Below are positions 8,969-17,777 of a stretch of 64,000 nt of DNA, piece by piece; positions within the stretch are counted from its first letter, which is position 1; each line of letters opens with the position of its first letter. The notes below the pieces were generated by a model. The model saw only the letters and a list, made by a program, of their open reading frames with translations, did no database searches and was not told the origin of the DNA. The position numbers and the translations under genes are program-made. Source of the stretch: an uncultured Methanosarcinales archaeon (GTDB lineage: Archaea > Nanobdellota > Nanobdellia > Woesearchaeales > 21-14-0-10-32-9). Location of the stretch: contig CAZJQL010000003.1 of NCBI GenBank assembly GCA_964548665.1, forward strand, positions 17,194-81,193, given 5' to 3'.

Positions 8969-9154
8969 AAATATGTTTACTTCATCTAATATAAATATGT
9001 TACTATTCAAAAATGGAAAATAATAAATACGTCTTGTCAACAAACTACAACTAAACAACCTGCTAAATGTAAGAAATCATTATAATAAATACATGTTTGT
9101 TGTGATTAATATTTTGATGGATATTGCGATTAATATAATTTTAGAGGGAAAATA

Positions 9155-9952
9155 ATGAGAGATGTGCTAAAAAGAAACGGTTTTTTCATACAATCAGATG
9201 GTCTTGACGGCATGGGTAAAGGTGTAATAATAGAAGCAATTGTAACTGATTTAGAAAACAAGGGTTTAAGAATACTTGATCTTAATCAATGGTGGAAAAA
9301 AGAAAGAAATCATCCGGAATTTATGCAAACTTCACTTTCTAATTACATTCCTTTGGAGTCCTTTGATGTTATTGTATCTTCAGAGCCGACATATGCTGGT
9401 GTGGGTCTTGCAATAAGAGAAGAAATGATTGCTAAAAATGGAAGAAATTATTCTGCGCATGCTACAGCTCAGGCTTATGCTTTGGATAGGTTGATTCTAT
9501 ATAATCAGATTATACTTCCTGCTTTAGACGCAGGAAAAATAATTATACAATCAAGAGGAGTATCTACATCTATAGTTTATCAATCATTGCAAAAAACAAT
9601 GAATGATGAAAAACCACTTAATATTGATGAAATAATACAAATAGAAGGAAACAGATTAGCATTAAATAATCCTCCAGATTTGCTTATAATTCCTACGATA
9701 AAAGATGTCAAAGAAGTCATGAAAAGGTTAGAGTTTAGAGAAAAAGATGATAATTGTCAATTTGAAAATTTAGAGTTTCAACTTAAAATAAAGCCTTTCT
9801 ATGAGAGCGAACAACTAAAAGAAATATTTGAAAAAAGAGGAACAAAAGTTGCTTACTTAGATGTCGGCAAATCTATAGAATACACAAAAAGTCAAGCGGT
9901 TAAAATATATGTCGATGCGTTTAATCAAAAATCGAATAAATTAAACATTTAG
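9155..9952 (+). CDS. Thymidylate kinase family protein (divergent P-loop)
   Basis: FIQSDGLDGMGKGVII aligns to Tmk fEG.DG.GKsT; SEPTYAGVGLAIRE aligns to rEP.g..iG..iR; ALDRLILYNQIILPALDAGKIIIQSRGVSTSIVYQ aligns to AdR..h....I.PaL..G..Vi.DRy..Ss.aYQ. The Walker A reads GKG rather than GKS/T. SD-like agaggg sits before the ATG. Confidence 0.65.
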   Translation: MRDVLKRNGFFIQSDGLDGMGKGVIIEAIVTDLENKGLRILDLNQWWKKERNHPEFMQTSLSNYIPLESFDVIVSSEPTYAGVGLAIREEMIAKNGRNYSAHATAQAYALDRLILYNQIILPALDAGKIIIQSRGVSTSIVYQSLQKTMNDEKPLNIDEIIQIEGNRLALNNPPDLLIIPTIKDVKEVMKRLEFREKDDNCQFENLEFQLKIKPFYESEQLKEIFEKRGTKVAYLDVGKSIEYTKSQAVKIYVDAFNQKSNKLNI

Positions 9953-10069
9953 CTATCGGTTTAAATCAGGATTTAGCTATTGGCTCAAATGTTAGATCAG
10001 GTTGATTTAGAAATTGTTAGTTTATGGGTGTGTTTAGAGATTATTCTGCTTCGCCATATACCCAAAAGC

Positions 10070-10077
10070 TTTATAAA
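10070..10077 (+). promoter_or_regulatory. TATA-box-like element upstream of rpl44e
   Basis: TTTATAAA ends 23 nt before the ATG at 10101. Confidence 0.35.
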
Positions 10078-10100
10078 TTGATGATTATTTCTCTGAGACT

Positions 10101-10418
10101 ATGAAGAAACCAAAGTTAATGAAAAGACACTGTCCGTATTGTAAAAAACACACGGAACAGAAAGTTTCAGAATCAAAAAATAGGGGAAGAAGTAAAGCTC
10201 ATCCTCTTTCTAAATTCGGCGCTAGAAGACTCTCTGACAGAGGTGCTAAAGGCGGAGCAGGAAATCAAGGAAAATTCTCCAAGCCGCCTATAAAGAACTG
10301 GAAAAGCACAGGAAAAAAAGTAAGCAAAAAAGCAGACTTGAGATATACTTGTCAGGTTTGTAAAAAAACAACTGTTCAGAGTACAGGAACAAGAGCAAAG
10401 AAACTAGAATTAATATAA
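10101..10418 (+). CDS. rpl44e: 50S ribosomal protein L44e (eL42)
   Basis: CPYCKKHTEQKV...GGAGNQGKFSKPP...YTCQVCKK: a Zn-ribbon r-protein of typical length and strongly basic composition. Confidence 0.9.
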   Translation: MKKPKLMKRHCPYCKKHTEQKVSESKNRGRSKAHPLSKFGARRLSDRGAKGGAGNQGKFSKPPIKNWKSTGKKVSKKADLRYTCQVCKKTTVQSTGTRAKKLELI

Positions 10419-10666
10419 ATTATATAACTCATATAACTTTTTATATGATTTAAAATATGATCTTATATAATTTAAATAAAATTTAAGATATGTTTTAACA
10501 AAAGCTGATGGATTAATAAAAGCATTTGTTCTAAATTCTAACTTTTTTATTTATAAATAAAATCATGACAAAGCTTATAAATGATGCTTTGTTTCTTCAG
10601 AGAATAATAAGGCAGTAGTTTAGAAAACTATTAATGCTCTGATCTAAAACTTGTAGAGGGGATAAA

Positions 10667-10846
10667 ATGATAAAAGAACCAAATTCAAAATTCATAAAAG
10701 TAAGATGTACTAAATGTAAAAACGAACAAGTTGTCTTCGGAAAAGCATCATCAAAAATAAAATGTCTTGTTTGTGGAAAAGATTTAGCGGATCCTACTGG
10801 CGGAAAAACCAAAGTCAAAGCAAGAGTTCTTGAAGTTCTTGAATAA
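10667..10846 (+). CDS. rps27e: 30S ribosomal protein S27e (not in the ORF track, 59 aa)
   Basis: My translation: MIKEPNSKFIKVRCTKCKNEQVVFGKASSKIKCLVCGKDLADPTGGKTKVKARVLEVLE. It has C-x2-C-x14-C-x2-C and the PTGGK motif of S27e. SD-like gtagagggg sits before the ATG. The conserved L44e-S27e neighbourhood is present. Confidence 0.85.
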   Translation: MIKEPNSKFIKVRCTKCKNEQVVFGKASSKIKCLVCGKDLADPTGGKTKVKARVLEVLE

Positions 10847-10862
10847 ATTATAAGAGGAAAAG

Positions 10863-11648
10863 ATGTTTTTCAAGAAGAAAGGATTTCCGGAAGAAGGTGA
10901 ACTGGTTTTCTGTACAGTAACAAATGTCCAATATAACTCTGTATTCGCAATGATAGAAGAATACGGAAGACAAGGATTAATACACATTTCTGAAGTAAGC
11001 CCCGGAAGAATAAGAAATATAAGGGATTTTGTAAAAGAAGGAAAAATGATTGTCTGTAAAGTAATAAAAACAGACAAAGAGAAGGGGCACATAGATTTGT
11101 CTTTAAGAAGAGTAACTGAGATGCAGAAAAGACAAAAAACCGATGAAAGAAAACAAGAGCAAAAGGCAGAAAAAATAATAGAGACACTTTCAACTCAGCT
11201 CAAAAAAGATCCAAACAAATTATATGAAGAAGTAGCAAACATTCTTCTTCCTAAATATGAATTATTACAAAATGCATTTAATGATGTTATAGAAAGTCAT
11301 GCTTCATTAGAAAAATTAGGGATATCAAAGGATTATGCCTCGCAATTAGAAAGTCTTGTAAAAGAGAAAATAAAGCCTAAATCAGTTATGGTTTCAGGAA
11401 CCATTAGCATAAAAAGTTATGCCGAAGAAGGTCTTGAATTAGTTAAAGAAGCACTCATTTCAGCAGAAGAAACAAATAAAGCGGTTATAATAAGATATCT
11501 TGGAGCTGGAAATTACTCAATAGACATAGAAGCTAAAGAATACAAAGAAGCAGAAAAAATTCTAAAAACAGCTTTAGAAGCAATAGAAGAAAAAATAAAG
11601 AAAGATAAAACAACAGAGTTTGTATTCAAAAAGAAAGAAAAAGACTAG
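10863..11648 (+). CDS. eif2a: Translation initiation factor aIF2 alpha subunit
   Basis: N-terminal S1 domain PEEGELVFCTVTNVQYNSVFAMIEEYGRQGLIHISEVSPGRIRNIRDFVKEGK...IDLSLRRV. Length 261 aa. The conserved S27e-aIF2a-Nop10 gene order is present. Confidence 0.9.
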   Translation: MFFKKKGFPEEGELVFCTVTNVQYNSVFAMIEEYGRQGLIHISEVSPGRIRNIRDFVKEGKMIVCKVIKTDKEKGHIDLSLRRVTEMQKRQKTDERKQEQKAEKIIETLSTQLKKDPNKLYEEVANILLPKYELLQNAFNDVIESHASLEKLGISKDYASQLESLVKEKIKPKSVMVSGTISIKSYAEEGLELVKEALISAEETNKAVIIRYLGAGNYSIDIEAKEYKEAEKILKTALEAIEEKIKKDKTTEFVFKKKEKD

Positions 11649-11659
11649 AATAAAATAAA

Positions 11660-11818
11660 ATGACCCATATCTTAAAATGTGAACAATGTGGCGAGTATGG
11701 TCTAGATGAAGCATGTTCTTGTGGTTCAAAAAGAAAAATAATTACGCCTCCAAAATATAGCCCTGAGGATAAATATGCAAAATACAGGAGACAAGCCAAG
11801 GAGTTAGAAAATGCATAA
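11660..11818 (+). CDS. nop10: H/ACA RNP protein Nop10 (not in the ORF track, 52 aa)
   Basis: My translation: MTHILKCEQCGEYGLDEACSCGSKRKIITPPKYSPEDKYAKYRRQAKELENA. It has the Zn-ribbon plus the P.k(F/Y)SPeDkY..YR motif typical of Nop10. The stop overlaps the next gene's ATG (ATGCATAA). Confidence 0.85.
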   Translation: MTHILKCEQCGEYGLDEACSCGSKRKIITPPKYSPEDKYAKYRRQAKELENA

Positions 11819-12578
11819 GTGGGAAATAACAAAAATAAAGAACATATCAGCTCGTGAACCCATATTAATAGAGGGTCTTCCAGGCATAGGTAATGTTGGA
11901 AAAATAACTGCGGATTATTTAATAGATCAATTGAAAGCAGACAAAATAATGTCTTTCTTCTCATATTATATGCCTAACTCAGTATTTGTTAATGAAGAAA
12001 ATCTTGTAGACCTCCCAAAAATAGAGTTGTTTCACAAAAAAGTAAAAGGTCAAGACTACTTGTTTTTATCAGGAGATGTACAACCACAAAACGAAACAGG
12101 TAGTTACACATTCACAGAGTTAATAATAGACTTAATGAGAAAGTATAGGTGCAAAGAAATAATAGCTCTTGGAGGAATAGGGCTTGCAGAAATACCTGAA
12201 AATCCCAAAGTGTATTGTACAGGCAACGATAAAAAATTAGTTAATAAAATATCAAAGAAAGGTGCAAAACCTGATGTTTATGGTTTAGTAGGTCCTATAA
12301 TAGGGATTTCTGGACTACTTGTAGGTTTAAGCAAAAGAAAAAATATTCCATCGGCGGCACTTTTAACAGAAACATATGGTCATCCCATGTATCTGGGTTT
12401 AAAATCTGCAAAAGAAGCAATAAAAGTTCTTGCAAAAATTTATGGATTCAAGATAGATTATGCTCCTATAAATAAAGAGATAAAACAGATGGAACAAGAA
12501 GAAGCAGGAGAAGATTCTGACAAAAAGAGTTCTATACATAAACTCAAAAAACTAAAAGAAATAAATTACATAGGCTGA
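11811..12578 (+). CDS. PAC2-family proteasome assembly chaperone-like protein
   Basis: PILIEGLPGIGNVGKITADYLIDQL is the conserved N-terminal motif of archaeal PAC2/COG1938 proteins. Its position after nop10 is conserved in archaea. Confidence 0.7.
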   Translation: MHKWEITKIKNISAREPILIEGLPGIGNVGKITADYLIDQLKADKIMSFFSYYMPNSVFVNEENLVDLPKIELFHKKVKGQDYLFLSGDVQPQNETGSYTFTELIIDLMRKYRCKEIIALGGIGLAEIPENPKVYCTGNDKKLVNKISKKGAKPDVYGLVGPIIGISGLLVGLSKRKNIPSAALLTETYGHPMYLGLKSAKEAIKVLAKIYGFKIDYAPINKEIKQMEQEEAGEDSDKKSSIHKLKKLKEINYIG

Positions 12579-12632
12579 TTTTTTTTCTAAGTTGCTCGTA
12601 AAATATATAAGCATTAAAAAAAGTTAAAGCAT

Positions 12633-12986
12633 ATGCTTCTTAAAAAGACAAAAAAAGAAACGCAAATTGTTGCTTCAAAAATTGTTAGAAGAAAAACTAT
12701 CGCGAGTATGGGCAAAGGATTGATGTTTCACAAAAAAATAAGAGATGAAGCTCACATATTTTACTTGTCAAATAAAAGAAGAGAAGCAATAACAATGTTC
12801 TTTGTATTTTTTCCAATAGATATAATATTTCTGGATGAAAATAAGAAAATAGTGGAGCTGAAAGAGAATATAAAGCCATTCAGCAATTACTATTCTAAAA
12901 ATGAAGCAAAATATGTTGTTGAATTAGAATCTGGAGAAGTAAAAAGAAAAAAACTTAGATTAGGAGATGAACTTATATTTGACTAG
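12633..12986 (+). CDS. DUF192 family protein
   Basis: FPIDIIFLDENKKIVELKENIKP...YVVELESGEVKRKKLRLGDEL matches the DUF192/COG1430 pattern (p.DiiFld..g.iv.i......p ... yvLE...G). Confidence 0.65.
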   Translation: MLLKKTKKETQIVASKIVRRKTIASMGKGLMFHKKIRDEAHIFYLSNKRREAITMFFVFFPIDIIFLDENKKIVELKENIKPFSNYYSKNEAKYVVELESGEVKRKKLRLGDELIFD

Positions 12987-13034
12987 ATAAATTTAAATAT
13001 ACTTAAAAAAATTAACTTAAAAAGAGGGTGAGAA

Positions 13035-14306
13035 GTGAACATAAAAAACATTCACGCAATACAAATTCTAGATTCAAGAGGAAATCCGACCATAGAGGTT
13101 GAAGTTTTAACAAAGATATCTCTAGGAACAGCAGGGGTTCCTTCAGGAGCAAGCACAGGATCTCATGAAGCCAGAGAATTAAGAGATAAAGGACGAGCAT
13201 ATGCTGGTAAAGGAGTTCAAAATGCAATAAATAACATAAATAAAAAAATAGCTCCTTTGATTAAAGGAATGCATATAGATGCACAGAGAAAAATAGATGA
13301 AGCTATGATTAAAAAAGATGGCACAAAAGACAAGCGAAAACTAGGTGCTAATGCAATACTTGGAGTCAGCATGGCTTGCACAAAAGCAGGAGCAATGGCG
13401 TATGATTTATATCTATATGAATATATTGGAGCATTATATGCTAATAAAAATTTCACTCTTCCAATACCCTTCGCGAACATAATAAATGGAGGGGTTCATT
13501 CAGGAAATGGTTTATCATTTCAGGAGTTCATGATTGTGCCTGTAGGTGCTAAATCATTCTCCGAAGCAACAAGAATGATATCTGAAATATACCATGAATT
13601 AAAGAATTTAATAAAAGAATCTTTCGGACCAGAGGCTACAGGCATAGGCGACGAAGGTGGTTTTGCACCTCCTCTAAAAAATCCGGAAGAAGCACTAGAA
13701 TTATTGGATCTGGCAATATCTGAAGCAGGATATAAAAGAAAAGTTGCAATAGCAATTGATGCTGCAGCATCAGAATTTTATGATAAAAAAACAGGAAGAT
13801 ACAAAATAGCATCAGGAAAATACTTTGAACCATTCGAATTAATAAGCTATTATGAACATCTAGCAAAAAAATATAATATAATAAGCATAGAAGATCCATT
13901 CCAAGAAGAAGATTTTGAGTCATTTAGGAAACTCAAGCAAAGAATAGGAAAAAATGTCCAAATAGTTGCAGATGATTTAACTGTTAGTAATTCTGAGAGA
14001 ATAAAAAGAGCAATAGATAATGATTCATGTAATACGCTACTATTAAAAGTGAATCAAATAGGAACAATTACTGAGGCATTAGAAGCAGCTCACTTGGCTC
14101 AGAGCAACGGATGGAAAGTTATGGTCAGCCACAGATCTGGAGAAACAGAGGATCCATTCATAGCAGATTTAGCTGTAGGATTAAATGCAGGACAAATAAA
14201 ATTGGGTGCTCCATGTAGGGGAGAAAGAACAGCTAAGTATAATCAATTATTAAGAATAGAAGATGTTCTAGGAAAAAAAGCAAAATATGCAAAATTAAAA
14301 AACTAA
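13035..14306 (+). CDS. eno: Enolase (phosphopyruvate hydratase)
   Basis: ILDSRGNPTIEVEV...SGASTG.HEA.ELRD...SHRSGETED..IADLAV...GQIK.GAP.RGERTAKYNQLLRIE signatures. GTG start at 13035, preceded by SD-like agagggtga. Confidence 0.95.
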   Translation: MNIKNIHAIQILDSRGNPTIEVEVLTKISLGTAGVPSGASTGSHEARELRDKGRAYAGKGVQNAINNINKKIAPLIKGMHIDAQRKIDEAMIKKDGTKDKRKLGANAILGVSMACTKAGAMAYDLYLYEYIGALYANKNFTLPIPFANIINGGVHSGNGLSFQEFMIVPVGAKSFSEATRMISEIYHELKNLIKESFGPEATGIGDEGGFAPPLKNPEEALELLDLAISEAGYKRKVAIAIDAAASEFYDKKTGRYKIASGKYFEPFELISYYEHLAKKYNIISIEDPFQEEDFESFRKLKQRIGKNVQIVADDLTVSNSERIKRAIDNDSCNTLLLKVNQIGTITEALEAAHLAQSNGWKVMVSHRSGETEDPFIADLAVGLNAGQIKLGAPCRGERTAKYNQLLRIEDVLGKKAKYAKLKN

Positions 14307-14770
14307 GACTCTATTTTTTTTATTTTATTTAATCTCTTTAAATGTCTGCCTTTTTTAAACTCAGAAAAAATAAATCCACTTATAACGTCCTCAACATCTA
14401 GTTTAGAGTCTGAATAAGGTCCTGGCAGAACAAGTATGTTGGCATCATTATGTTCTCTGGCTAAAACAGCCTCTTTTTTTGTATGACAAAGAGCAGCACG
14501 TATTCCTTTAAACTTATTTGCAGAAATACTCATGCCTATTCCTGTTCCGCAAACAAGGATACCCAGAGAATGTTTATTTGATTGCACTTCTTTGCTTACA
14601 GATCTTGCAAAATCAGGATAATCATCATTAGGCGAATTAGAAATAGACAGATCCTCATAAGCTAAGCTTAGTTTGAGCAAATAATCTTCAACTTTCTCTT
14701 TTATTTTTCTGCCGGCATGATCGCTAGCTATAAATAAAAACGTATTTTTTATTGCTGTATTTCTGTTCAT
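14303..14770 (-). CDS. rpiB: Ribose-5-phosphate isomerase B
   Basis: FIASDHAG...LVCGTGIGMSISANKFKGIRAALCH...AREHNDANILVLPG is the RpiB/LacAB signature. I prefer the start at ATG 14770 (MNRNTAIKNTFLFIASDHAG) over 14803. Either start overlaps the upstream gpm gene. Confidence 0.85.
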   Translation of the reverse strand: MNRNTAIKNTFLFIASDHAGRKIKEKVEDYLLKLSLAYEDLSISNSPNDDYPDFARSVSKEVQSNKHSLGILVCGTGIGMSISANKFKGIRAALCHTKKEAVLAREHNDANILVLPGPYSDSKLDVEDVISGFIFSEFKKGRHLKRLNKIKKIES

Positions 14771-15434
14771 CTTCAACCTCGATAGTATATTCAAAATAAT
14801 CATCCCAAGGATTCTCTAAATCCATCATTTCAGAAATACTCAATTTTTCGAAATATCTTCTAATTGGCCTCATAGCATTACCATGGCTAGATATAGCTAC
14901 ATTCACTTTATCTTTCTTCATTTTTTTTAAAACATCTTTCAAGAAAGAGAGAACTCTTTGCTCAACCATTTTTACACTTTCGCCCTTAGGAGGTGCAATA
15001 CTGTAGCTTCTTCTTATGATCTGTAACTCCGCTTCACCTAACTTTTGTATGAACTCTTTTTTTTCTTTTCCTGAAAGATGATCAATCTTATGCCAGTGAA
15101 GCAACGTTTTATAAGAATCAAGACCTTCTTTAGCAACGATGGTGCTGTGATGTTTTCCTTGATATAAACCATAAGATCGTTCAATGTGTCTATCATCCTC
15201 TATTATTTCTTTGCATTCAGGATGAAACTTTAAGACTTCAGCCAAAGTATCTTTAGAACGAGAAAGATGCGTACGATATGCGACATCTATTTTCTTATTT
15301 TTAAGCTTATTGGCAACGGTTTTTGCATCCTTAAATCCTTTAGAAGTTAACTTAGAGTCTTTCCAACCGGTAAAAACATGATCTCTATTATAGAAAGTTT
15401 GTCCATGTCTAAAAACATAAAGTTTTAGTTTCAT
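14724..15434 (-). CDS. gpmA: Histidine-phosphatase family, 2,3-bisphosphoglycerate-dependent phosphoglycerate mutase-like
   Basis: LYVFRHGQTFYNRDHVFTGWKDSKLTSKGFKDA matches the dPGM RHG motif region. A second catalytic His lies in ISSHGNAMR. Confidence 0.75.
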   Translation of the reverse strand: MKLKLYVFRHGQTFYNRDHVFTGWKDSKLTSKGFKDAKTVANKLKNKKIDVAYRTHLSRSKDTLAEVLKFHPECKEIIEDDRHIERSYGLYQGKHHSTIVAKEGLDSYKTLLHWHKIDHLSGKEKKEFIQKLGEAELQIIRRSYSIAPPKGESVKMVEQRVLSFLKDVLKKMKKDKVNVAISSHGNAMRPIRRYFEKLSISEMMDLENPWDDYFEYTIEVEDEQKYSNKKYVFIYS

Positions 15435-15528
15435 AAGATATTACTTAGAAGTATGTCTTTTTAAGCTTTTTGTTGATTAATGTAAAAACATTTAAATAAG
15501 AAAGATGTATAAAATACAGAGGTGCAAA

Positions 15529-15747
15529 ATGAGATTTAAACTATCATTATTGATGCTGTTTTTGTTGTTGCTTAATCTGTTTTTAACAGGCTGTATGAAG
15601 GAAAAAGAAATTTGTAATTATGATGCGATATGCTCAGAGGAAGAAACAGATAATTGTGCAGATTGTAAAAATGTTCTCGGCAGAGATGTAGCGGAACCTA
15701 CAACGCAAGAAGGATATGTGGAGTCTCCCCTTGGAATAGTTCAATGA
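15529..15747 (+). CDS. Small Cys-rich lipoprotein-like secreted protein
   Basis: MRFKLSLLMLFLLLLNLFLTGC gives a signal peptide plus a lipobox-like LTGC, followed by five more Cys. The ATG at 15529 is preceded by SD gaggtg; the ORF-track start at 15505 lacks one. Confidence 0.5.
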   Translation: MRFKLSLLMLFLLLLNLFLTGCMKEKEICNYDAICSEEETDNCADCKNVLGRDVAEPTTQEGYVESPLGIVQ

Positions 15748-15773
15748 TGATTATTTAGTTATGGTGTTTAATC

Positions 15774-16781
15774 ATGAAAAAAATGACTAAATATGAAGAA
15801 TATCAAAAACACTTAAGAAGATCTACATATCTAAAAAATCATGCAAAAATAGAAGGATATGATTTTGAAAAAGAATTTAATTTTAAGGAGTTCTTAGAAA
15901 AATATTCAACCACAGGATTTCAAGCATCAGAATTAGGAAAAGCGATAGAAATAACGAAGATGATGCAAGAACAAAAAGCAACTATTTTCCTGGCTATGTC
16001 TGGAAATGCAATATCTTCCGGCTTGAGAGAAATAATAGCATATCTTGTTAAAAACAAAAAAGTTGATGTTATAATAACAAGTGCTGCAGGAATTGAGGAG
16101 GATGTTATAAAAAGTCTTAGCGACTTTAGAGTAGGAGATTTTGAAGCTCCAGGCAGAACTCTATTTGAGCACGGAGTAGGAAGAATAGGAAACATATTTG
16201 TTCCTAATGACAGATATTTATATCTTGAAAGATTTATGAATCCGTTCTTTGAGAAAATGCTAAAATTACAGGCTAAACAAAAAAGACCAATTTCTCCAAC
16301 ACAATTTAGTAAGGAATTAGGTCTTGAAATTAATGACAAGAAATCATATCTTTACTGGGCTGCTAAAAATGATGTTCCAATATATTGTCCTGGAATAGTA
16401 GATGGATCTATGGGGGATCTTATGTACTTCTTTAAACAGAAAAATCCTGATTTCTGGATAGATATCACAGATGATCATAAAAAATTAATAAATTATGTGC
16501 TTCAACAAGAAAAAACAGGCGCAATAATTCTAGGAGGGGGCATTTCTAAACACTATGCTCTTAATGCTCAAATATTTAGGGAAGGATTTGACTATGCAGT
16601 TTATTTAACAACTGCTATGGAGTATGATGGTTCTGATTCTGGGGGAAACCAAGAAGAGGCTAAATCCTGGGCAAAAATAAAAATAAATGCTCCAAATGTT
16701 AAAGTAAAAGCAGATTTCACGATAACTTTTCCTTTGCTTGTTGCAGCAACATTCGCTAAATCAGACGCTAACAAAAAATGA
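15774..16781 (+). CDS. dys: Deoxyhypusine synthase
   Basis: GFQASELGKAIEI...MSGNAISSGLREIIAYLVKNKKVDVIITSAAGIEEDVIK...GGGISKHY...EAKSWAKI is the typical DHS pattern; 335 aa. Confidence 0.9.
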   Translation: MKKMTKYEEYQKHLRRSTYLKNHAKIEGYDFEKEFNFKEFLEKYSTTGFQASELGKAIEITKMMQEQKATIFLAMSGNAISSGLREIIAYLVKNKKVDVIITSAAGIEEDVIKSLSDFRVGDFEAPGRTLFEHGVGRIGNIFVPNDRYLYLERFMNPFFEKMLKLQAKQKRPISPTQFSKELGLEINDKKSYLYWAAKNDVPIYCPGIVDGSMGDLMYFFKQKNPDFWIDITDDHKKLINYVLQQEKTGAIILGGGISKHYALNAQIFREGFDYAVYLTTAMEYDGSDSGGNQEEAKSWAKIKINAPNVKVKADFTITFPLLVAATFAKSDANKK

Positions 16782-16791
16782 GGTTGTGGTT

Positions 16792-17226
16792 ATGGATCAT
16801 TTTGAACAATATAAACGTCAGCTAGAAAAATTAGCTAAAGAGATATCTTCTGAGACAAGACTTGTTCCAGGATTCAGAAATGCTTTCATTGAAGAATTAA
16901 CAGCATATAACCAACTAGAAATAAAAGGAAATAGATACTTGGAATTTTCAAGATTGATTAAAGAAATTAAAGCAGAACTTCAAATAATAGATGCTAATAT
17001 GATGATACACAAAGATAATGCCTTAATAAAAACGGTTTTATATTCTTATAGAAATAAACTTAAAGTTGCTTTGGTTCAGATTAATGAGCTAATAATGCAG
17101 AAAATACAAACGCCCAAAGATTTGCATAAAAGATACTCTTATTTCAGCGCTCTTTTTGAGTCTTGTAAAGGAATAAATGTTGAAATCATTTTACATCCAG
17201 AAAAAATATCAAAAAAGCTTCCTTAA
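16792..17226 (+). CDS. Hypothetical helical protein
   Basis: The open frame shows normal codon periodicity. The ATG at 16792 follows dys directly; the ORF-track start at 16738 would overlap dys by 44 nt. No motif recognised. Confidence 0.4.
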   Translation: MDHFEQYKRQLEKLAKEISSETRLVPGFRNAFIEELTAYNQLEIKGNRYLEFSRLIKEIKAELQIIDANMMIHKDNALIKTVLYSYRNKLKVALVQINELIMQKIQTPKDLHKRYSYFSALFESCKGINVEIILHPEKISKKLP

Positions 17227-17777
17227 TTGTCAAGACTTAATACATCTATAAGTAGATCTTCGAATTCTGAGTATCCGTCAGTGTCTCTAAAGTGTCCGGC
17301 ATCCTCAAAAATTATGGGATCTTCATCAAGATGTTTGGCTAAATTAAGAGTCAAATTTAGTGGAACTGCATCATCATCTTGAGAAGCATAAATAAAAAAA
17401 CGTTTACAATTCTTCTTTATTGCTGCAAAATCAAATGAATCTTTCACAAAGGAATGGATTATATGATTCTTATTTTCATTTGAAAGACTTTCAAAAAAAC
17501 CTCCAACAAGAAAGCATGCAGAGACCGGAACAAGAGCTTTTTCTATAATTTTAAGAGTAAATGGCACGCCCATAGAATGTGCAATAATTATAGAGTCACG
17601 AGATAGTTTGTGAGCAATCTTCTTGTATTCAGAATACCAAGAATCAAAATTTTGCTCATCAAGAGGAAATTGAGGCGCTATTACTTCATATCCTCTAGAT
17701 TCTAATTCTTTCTTTAACCAAGGAAACCAGTGTTTGTCTGGACTTCCATTAAGACCATGAATTAATAAGGCTTGCAT
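17223..17777 (-). CDS. Alpha/beta hydrolase, RBBP9/YdeN-like serine hydrolase
   Basis: LIHGLNGSPDKHWFPWLKKEL...IIAHSMG (GxSxG-type nucleophile elbow, here HSMG) ... D ... GHF. The ~184 aa size is typical of the YdeN family. Confidence 0.65.
   Translation of the reverse strand: MQALLIHGLNGSPDKHWFPWLKKELESRGYEVIAPQFPLDEQNFDSWYSEYKKIAHKLSRDSIIIAHSMGVPFTLKIIEKALVPVSACFLVGGFFESLSNENKNHIIHSFVKDSFDFAAIKKNCKRFFIYASQDDDAVPLNLTLNLAKHLDEDPIIFEDAGHFRDTDGYSEFEDLLIDVLSLDN

Noticed and set aside
8969-9058. Longer N-terminal extensions given by the ORF track: 9058 for the deaminase fusion, 36319 for HIT, 34948 for CysK-like, 14803 for RpiB, 15505 for the lipoprotein and 16738 for the hypothetical.
   Set aside because: The extensions are non-conserved, often hydrophobic or low-complexity. 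They overlap upstream genes, or precede an internal ATG that aligns with the family N-terminus and/or has an SD.
9952-10030. Imperfect direct repeats downstream of the Tmk-like gene (AGCTATCGG...AATCAGG / AGCTATTGG...GATCAGG, with several TTTAG cores).
   Set aside because: Only two degenerate copies with variable spacing. This is most simply a 3' UTR/terminator region or chance similarity.
10581-10642. Possible C/D-box sRNA in the 248-nt L44e-S27e spacer: ATGATGC ... CTGA, 62 nt apart.
   Set aside because: The C box is imperfect (UGAUGC). There are no convincing internal D'/C' boxes at the expected 12-nt guide spacing, and no terminal stem. Motifs this short occur by chance in AT-rich sequence.
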